From: Planctomycetota bacterium
Lineage (GTDB): Bacteria; Planctomycetota; UBA1135; UBA2386
NCBI GenBank assembly: GCA_965223545.1
Contig: OZ245006.1
Location: forward strand, 2,976,001-3,040,000
DNA length: 64,000 bases
Direction: 5' to 3'
Part shown: in pieces, positions 58,596 through 64,000 of the stretch
How positions within the stretch are numbered: position 1 is the first letter of the stretch
How the letters are laid out: each line of letters begins with the position of its first letter
The notes under the pieces: model-generated
The model's database searches: none
What the model saw: only the letters and a program-made list of their open reading frames with translations
What the model was told of the DNA's origin: nothing
Program-made: the position numbers and the translations under genes

Positions 58596-59338
58596 TCATC
58601 GAGCGCAGCATGCACGACGGCTGGCTGTCGAACACCTGGTTGGTGGGCGACAAGCCCGGCGGTCATGCCGTAGTGATCGATACCGGCGCGCCGCTGGCGC
58701 CCATCGTGGCCGCGGTCGAGGCGCACCGCCTGACGGTGACGCACGTCTTGTGCACGCACCACCACTACGACCACGTCGCCCACAACGACGACTATAGGCA
58801 GCGCTATGCCTGCCCCGTGTGCGCACATCCCGCCGAGGTCCCGCTGTTCGGCGACCGAGTCGAGCAGACGTTGGAGGACGGGGCCGAGATCAGCAGCGGC
58901 GACCTCCGCGTGCGCGCGCTGCACGTCCCCGGACACACCACGGGGCAGCTCGCCTTCCTGATCAACGAACGTCGCGTGTTCACCGGCGACACGCTGTTTC
59001 GCGGCAGCGTCGGCGGCACCCGAGGCCCGGGTCACGGCACCTTCGATCAGCTGCGCCACTCGATCATGGAGGTGCTCCTGCGACTGCCCGAGGAGACCGT
59101 CATCCACCCCGGCCACCGCGGCGAGACCACGGTCGCGCGCGAGCTGCGCGACAACCCGTTCGTCCGCGCCTGGCACCAACCGCAACCCTCGGCCGCCACC
59201 TCGCGCTGCCGCGCCATGGGAAGACCGGCCGAGCTCTTGCTGCGCGCTCCGGACTACGACGGGGGCACCAAGTGCTGGGTGCGATTCGACGACGGCACGA
59301 CCGACGTCGTCGCAGGATCGCGCGTCACCTCCGTCTAG
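58592..59338 (+). CDS. Metallo-beta-lactamase fold hydrolase (glyoxalase II-like)
   Basis: THHHYDH, PGHT, GDTLF and PGH; GTGA coupling to the ADH. Confidence 0.88.
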   Translation: MIIERSMHDGWLSNTWLVGDKPGGHAVVIDTGAPLAPIVAAVEAHRLTVTHVLCTHHHYDHVAHNDDYRQRYACPVCAHPAEVPLFGDRVEQTLEDGAEISSGDLRVRALHVPGHTTGQLAFLINERRVFTGDTLFRGSVGGTRGPGHGTFDQLRHSIMEVLLRLPEETVIHPGHRGETTVARELRDNPFVRAWHQPQPSAATSRCRAMGRPAELLLRAPDYDGGTKCWVRFDDGTTDVVAGSRVTSV

Positions 59339-59503
59339 CAGTCCGTTAAAAAAGTCATTCGCCCCGCCACCCGGCGCCTCTTAGCGCAGCTCGTCACGCG
59401 AAAGCCTCGCCGAATCCACTGATTCGCCTGCGTTTTCGCGCGCCGACCCGCATCGACAACCACCGGATTGCGAGACGAAGCACTTTCTCAACGGCCTGCT
59501 GGG
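59335..59503. repeat. ~169 bp intergenic palindromic, MITE-like element with terminal inverted repeats
   Basis: CTAGCAGTCCGTTAAAAAAGT (59335-59355) vs ACTTTCTCAACGGCCTGCTGG (59482-59502) is 17/21 complementary. Internal hairpin CGCGAAA...CGAATC-CACT-GATTCG...TTTCGCG. Confidence 0.65.
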
Positions 59504-59530
59504 AACCCAATAGCGAGCGCCACGGCTCGC

Positions 59531-61933
59531 TCAACGCAGCGGCACCTCGAAGAAGTCCGGCCGCGGCCGCGCGGAGAACCGGCCCAACAAGTGCGGCCTC
59601 GGTTGCAACGGCAAGAACACGCTGTCGTTGGTCCGCAGGATGTCTCTCAGGCGCGCGGCCTGTGGAGACCAGTCCGGATCCCCGGCGGTGCGGTTCTCGG
59701 CGTGGAACGTCGCGATCTCGTCGACCAGTGCCAGCGCACGTTCCCGATCGCCGGACCCCGCCGTCATGGCGATCAGGCGAACGTAGCGGTCGACCAGCCA
59801 GTTCAGGTCCCAGCGACGGGTGCCGAAGCGCCGCAGGCCGTAGTCGACCTGCCGCTGGTGCAGGTGGATCAACCGCTGCCAACGCTGGTGGCGGATCAGC
59901 AGCTGGGTGATCGGCGAGCGCACGAAACGGGGGGTCTGCCGCTCCGGGTTGAGCTTGGCCAGCATCTCCTGCGCCAGATCCTCGTCGCCGTGATCCATGG
60001 CGATCTGCGCCAGCATCGAGATGGTCTCGACGAAACGCGGCAGGAGGCCGAGGGCGGTGCGCAGTTGATGGATCGCTTCCTCTCGACGCCCCTCCTGCAC
60101 GAAGAGCTGGGCGAGCCGCAAGTAGATCAGGATCCGGTTGGGAGCGATCTGACGCGCCCGCTCATACACCTCGCGGGCCTCGGGGGCTCTGCCCAACGCG
60201 GCCAGGAGCTCGGCGAGCGCCACGTGGCTGCGCACTTGACCATGGCGCTGCTCCTCCTCGAGGGCCTGCAACGCCAAGCGCGCGACCTCGAACGCCACCG
60301 GCTTGGGTGCGCGCGGATCGGACAGCAACCTGGTCGCCACGGTTCCGGCCTGCTCCGCGATCTCGCGCGTGGCAAACGTGTCCATCTGCATGAGCTCGCG
60401 AAACAAGACGTCGGGTCGGTCCTCAGGCCCGGTCTGCTGGATCGCCCGGGTGAGGCGCGCGGCGGCCTCGATGTTGGGCACGTTGATCCGGTAGGCGACC
60501 GTCGCGGTGGTGATGCCGACGGCCGCGGTGACCAGGGCGAGCCGCCCGCGGGGCCAACCACCGGCCGGCGCCGCCTCCGGCGGTGGCTGGGAACCGCTGC
60601 GCAGCGCGGCGATCACCGAGAAGAACAGGATCTGACCACACAGGTTGGGCGGCTCGTAGCACAACGCACTCAGCTCGGCGACCAAGACCGCCGCGAACAG
60701 AGCGCGCTCGAGCCCGGGCCAGGCCGACGTACGCCAGGTGTTGCGGATCCCCGCCCACAAGAACCAGCTCAGCGCGGCCAGCCCCAGAATCCCGCCCGCG
60801 GTCACCGACTCCAGGAAGACGTTGTGCGAGTGGTCGTACCAGCTGTTGAGCCGGACCTGACGGGGGTTGTGGTAGGCGTCGAAGACGTACGGGAAGTTGT
60901 TCTGCCCCCACCCGAGGATCGGGTGATCGAGCCATCCCTGGAACACCTGCTCCGCCAACGTCTCTCGCAACCACAAGGCGTGGGACAAGGTGGCGAAGCG
61001 CTTGAAGAACGGCGAGGTCCAGACGAGATCGAAGTCGAAGTAGACGACGATGGTCACGGCGGCGACCAACACCGCGAATGCCGCCAGTGCGATCCAGGCC
61101 AACGTGCGCACGCGTCCCCCTGCCCGCGTCGCGAACAACAGGCTCACCGACAACCCGAGCAGGAGCCCGGCCTGGGCGGAGCGCGTCGACGTGAACCCGA
61201 GACAGAACAGGAACACGACGACCGCCACGCTCCACACCACCCGCGCCACGAGACTGCGCGCCCGCAACAGCATGCACAACGCCAGCGGCACGTGCACCAT
61301 GAGGTAGGCGGCCAAGAAGACCGGGCTGCCCAACCGCGCATCCATGCGGAACTTGAGTCCTTCGCCGCCCACTTGCTGGTGAATCCGGTAGAGCCACCGC
61401 AACTCGGGGTCGAACTGCACGCCCACCTCGCTGTGCAGCCACTGCATGACACAGAACAGCGACACGACGGCACAGGCGCACAGCGAGAGCAAGAAGAAGC
61501 GCTCCCACCACCGGCGGTCGAAGACGATCGAGGCCACCAGCAGGAACGCGAACAGGTGGAGGTCGGCGACCAGCCCCTGCATGCGCTCGAAGTTGCTCCA
61601 AAAGCTCTGCTGCGGGTGCACGCCGAGCACGTCGGCGACCGCCATGATCGCCAGGTACACGGTGAACGCGAGCACCGCGCCGTTCCACCGCGGCCGATAG
61701 CGGCGATCGAAGATCGCGAGGATCAACCAACAACCGGTGACGATCTCGACGATGAAGCGAAACGCGAAGTGCTTCGGTGTGATGTCCGGGAAGAAGAGCG
61801 GTGGGATCGGCTCGGACTGGCCACTGCAAACCAGCGGCAAGAACGGCACCAAGAGCAAGCCATAGCGGGCGATTGCCAAGAGCACGCGCTCGGCAAGCTC
61901 GTCGGGCTGCGTTGTCGCGGAGGTGGGCGGCAT
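59531..61933 (-). CDS. O-antigen ligase (Wzy_C) family membrane protein with C-terminal TPR
   Basis: Multiple TMs; R...LGSPVFLAAYL, TSTRSA, PILGWGQNNF and DHSHNVFLE..GGILG; TPR tail. Confidence 0.85.
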   Translation of the reverse strand: MPPTSATTQPDELAERVLLAIARYGLLLVPFLPLVCSGQSEPIPPLFFPDITPKHFAFRFIVEIVTGCWLILAIFDRRYRPRWNGAVLAFTVYLAIMAVADVLGVHPQQSFWSNFERMQGLVADLHLFAFLLVASIVFDRRWWERFFLLSLCACAVVSLFCVMQWLHSEVGVQFDPELRWLYRIHQQVGGEGLKFRMDARLGSPVFLAAYLMVHVPLALCMLLRARSLVARVVWSVAVVVFLFCLGFTSTRSAQAGLLLGLSVSLLFATRAGGRVRTLAWIALAAFAVLVAAVTIVVYFDFDLVWTSPFFKRFATLSHALWLRETLAEQVFQGWLDHPILGWGQNNFPYVFDAYHNPRQVRLNSWYDHSHNVFLESVTAGGILGLAALSWFLWAGIRNTWRTSAWPGLERALFAAVLVAELSALCYEPPNLCGQILFFSVIAALRSGSQPPPEAAPAGGWPRGRLALVTAAVGITTATVAYRINVPNIEAAARLTRAIQQTGPEDRPDVLFRELMQMDTFATREIAEQAGTVATRLLSDPRAPKPVAFEVARLALQALEEEQRHGQVRSHVALAELLAALGRAPEAREVYERARQIAPNRILIYLRLAQLFVQEGRREEAIHQLRTALGLLPRFVETISMLAQIAMDHGDEDLAQEMLAKLNPERQTPRFVRSPITQLLIRHQRWQRLIHLHQRQVDYGLRRFGTRRWDLNWLVDRYVRLIAMTAGSGDRERALALVDEIATFHAENRTAGDPDWSPQAARLRDILRTNDSVFLPLQPRPHLLGRFSARPRPDFFEVPLR

Positions 61934-62127
61934 GAAGGTCTGGTCGAGGGGATCTTTCGAGCCCGAAGCCGATTTCGCAAGCACCGGACCGGCTTCCAAC
62001 TCAGCGTGACGGGGGCCGCAACCAACGCTGCGGCGGGGGCCGACGCCCGTATTGCTCTCGAGCGTCCCGGAGTTGCGGTTTCGAGATCCTCACGACAACC
62101 GGCCTTCGGCAGTGTTGTCGCCGCGCC

Positions 62128-64000
62128 TCAGCCACGCGGCAGCCCGAGCTCCTGCAAGCGACGCAGGGTCGCCTCGGCATCGTTCACCTTGCCTTGGCTG
62201 CGCTGGCTCTCCGCCAGCTGTCGGAACACTGCGTCGACCTCCGCCGGCTCGGCGAGTCCGTGCCGCAACGCAAACCGCGCGTTGTTGGCAGCCCTTGCCA
62301 GGATCGTCTCCGCCAGGTCGTGCCGGCCGCGCGTTCGCAGCACTTCCATCAGCGCCGGCGCGGGCGCGACCCAACGATCCGGCGGCAGGATCCGGAGCAA
62401 GAGGCGCTCCGCCAGCGCGTCCTCCCGCCCGCCTCCGTGCAGAGCGACGACGGCGTAGATCAGCGCTGCCTCGCGGTAGCTGGGCTCGAGCTCGTACGCG
62501 CGGCGGGCCAACTCCATGGCGCGCGGCCAGCGACCGAGCCCCAGCATCGCCTCGGCGAGCGCGTGCAGAATCTGCGGCTTGGTCGGCGACAACTCGAGCG
62601 CCCGCTCCAGCAACGGGACCGCCTCGGAGTAGCGCCGCGCCTTGTTGAGAAGATCACCGGTCAGCGTGAGCACTTTCGCCGTCGGCCGCCGCTCGCGCAG
62701 CTCGTCGCGCATGCCGGCGACGGCGAGGTCGACGAACTCGGTCACCAGCGGACTGGCGCGCCCCTGCCCCAGCACCTCGGTCGCCAGCACGACGGCCTGC
62801 TCGCGGACGTCCGAGCGACCGAACGACTCGATGGCCATCGCCTCACCGATCGCCGGCACGCGCCGCCCCCGGCGCTCGACCACCGGTTCCGCGAACGCCC
62901 GTGCCGCCAGCGCAGCGCTGCGGGCAGCCGGCGCGTTGACGAACCAGGTCGCCACCGGAATCGCGACCGCCGCCGCCAGCAGCCCGACCTTGGCCGCCGC
63001 CGGCCACGACCTGCCCGGCGGGGGCCCCGCCGCCGCCCGCGCCCGGCTCTCGGCCAGGGCGAAGAGCGAAAACATCAGCAGGTAGCTGCCCAAGTGGTCG
63101 AGCTGCATGCTGAGGAAGGTGACGTGGCCGCACCAGAGGGCGACGACCATGGCCCGGTCCAACACACCCGGCAGCAGCTTGTGGCGGCAGACCATGAACA
63201 CGGGCAGCACCAAGAGCACGACGTAGGCCACCGCACCGAGGACGCCACCCGCCACCAGCCATCCGAGCAGCACGTTGTGCGGCTGGTCGAACCACATCCG
63301 GTCGACGTAGAGCTCGGGCGGGTGGTGGCGGTCGAACACGACGCCGAAGCACTCTTGGCCCCAACCGAGCAGCGGCCGCTCCATGACGCCCTGCCAAGCC
63401 GCCACCCACATGTCCCAGCGGCGCTCGAGCGTCGCGCCCGAGAATCTCAACCGTTCGGCACCCACGCTCGCGAGCCACTCGGGCCGGGTGACGACCAGCG
63501 CGCCGAGCACGACCAAGCCGAGCACGGTGCACCCGACCGCGGCCCAGGCCACGCGGCGGACGCCCGGGCGCTGCCCGGAATCCAGGGCCAGCACCAGCAA
63601 GGCGGCGCCGCCGCCGGTCAGCAGACCGAGCTCGGCGATGCGGGTTTGCGTCCAATGACACACGCAGACGAACCAGGCCGCCGCCAACAGCGCCGCCCAC
63701 CGCCGCGCACCCCGACACCGCAACCCGAACCACACCGCCAGCAGCGCGTGCGTCTGCAAGTAGGCGCCGAGGAACACCGGACTGCCGAACGCGGCATCGA
63801 CGCGCAGGTAGCGCGGATCGATGGTCCGCGCGTGGCTGACCAACAGAGCGCCCAGGCGGCCTTCCAGATCGAGCAAGCCATGGGTTCCCAGCCACTGGAG
63901 AGTTCCCGACAACGCGATCCACGCCGCCGCGGCCAACGAGCAGCAGGCGAACCGGCGCCACCAAGTCAGCGAATCGAACACCGTGCTCGCCATCACCGCG
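62128..64000 (-). CDS. O-antigen ligase (Wzy_C) family membrane protein with TPR, 5'-truncated by the window edge
   Basis: FGSPVFLGAYL, TQTR, RPLLGWGQECF and DQPHNVLL..GGVLG; TPR repeats; frame open to the window end. Confidence 0.85.
   Translation of the reverse strand, partial: AVMASTVFDSLTWWRRFACCSLAAAAWIALSGTLQWLGTHGLLDLEGRLGALLVSHARTIDPRYLRVDAAFGSPVFLGAYLQTHALLAVWFGLRCRGARRWAALLAAAWFVCVCHWTQTRIAELGLLTGGGAALLVLALDSGQRPGVRRVAWAAVGCTVLGLVVLGALVVTRPEWLASVGAERLRFSGATLERRWDMWVAAWQGVMERPLLGWGQECFGVVFDRHHPPELYVDRMWFDQPHNVLLGWLVAGGVLGAVAYVVLLVLPVFMVCRHKLLPGVLDRAMVVALWCGHVTFLSMQLDHLGSYLLMFSLFALAESRARAAAGPPPGRSWPAAAKVGLLAAAVAIPVATWFVNAPAARSAALAARAFAEPVVERRGRRVPAIGEAMAIESFGRSDVREQAVVLATEVLGQGRASPLVTEFVDLAVAGMRDELRERRPTAKVLTLTGDLLNKARRYSEAVPLLERALELSPTKPQILHALAEAMLGLGRWPRAMELARRAYELEPSYREAALIYAVVALHGGGREDALAERLLLRILPPDRWVAPAPALMEVLRTRGRHDLAETILARAANNARFALRHGLAEPAEVDAVFRQLAESQRSQGKVNDAEATLRRLQELGLPRG

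Noticed and set aside
59468..62458. 996-aa plus-strand ORF
   Set aside because: Antisense to the well-supported O-antigen ligase gene.
1..64000. rRNA, tRNA (including selC), CRISPR arrays, transposases, integrases
   Set aside because: None recognised by eye. Intergenic gaps are short; a tRNAscan/Infernal run would be needed to exclude small RNAs.

Overview
A very GC-rich, gene-dense 64 kb bacterial window with about 47 CDSs. It is probably from a Planctomycetota/PVC organism; this is inferred from a PVC-type heme-binding CxxCH/HEAT protein, a membrane-anchored ECF sigma fusion and many secreted HEAT/propeller proteins. Metabolic content: proC; an L-rhamnose/lactate cluster (lutABC-rhaEW-rhaI, with rhaB separated by two opposite-strand genes); a Cys/Thr-type proline racemase-family dehydratase with an OCD-family reductase; cls with a YbhP-like partner; a GMC/Tat subunit/DUF1080 3-ketoglycoside module; and a class III ADH with an MBL hydrolase. 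Envelope and regulatory content: PilV/W/X-like minor pilins, two PilT-family ATPases, a YtrA-type GntR-ABC operon with a palindromic operator, and two tandem O-antigen-ligase/TPR genes. Top finding: the ORFs at 17609-17929 and 17954-18643 are in frame and separated by a single TGA that falls at the first-Cys position of a thioredoxin fold and is followed by a SECIS-like hairpin, i.e. a probable exported 344-aa selenoprotein with a UxxA site, reminiscent of eukaryotic SelenoN. Second finding: two ~160-170 bp intergenic palindromic elements (7184-7342 and 59335-59503) with different terminal inverted repeats but the same CCCAG...CTAG ends and a covarying central hairpin. No rRNA, tRNA, CRISPR array or transposase was seen. 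All calls come from reading motifs by eye; no database searches were run.
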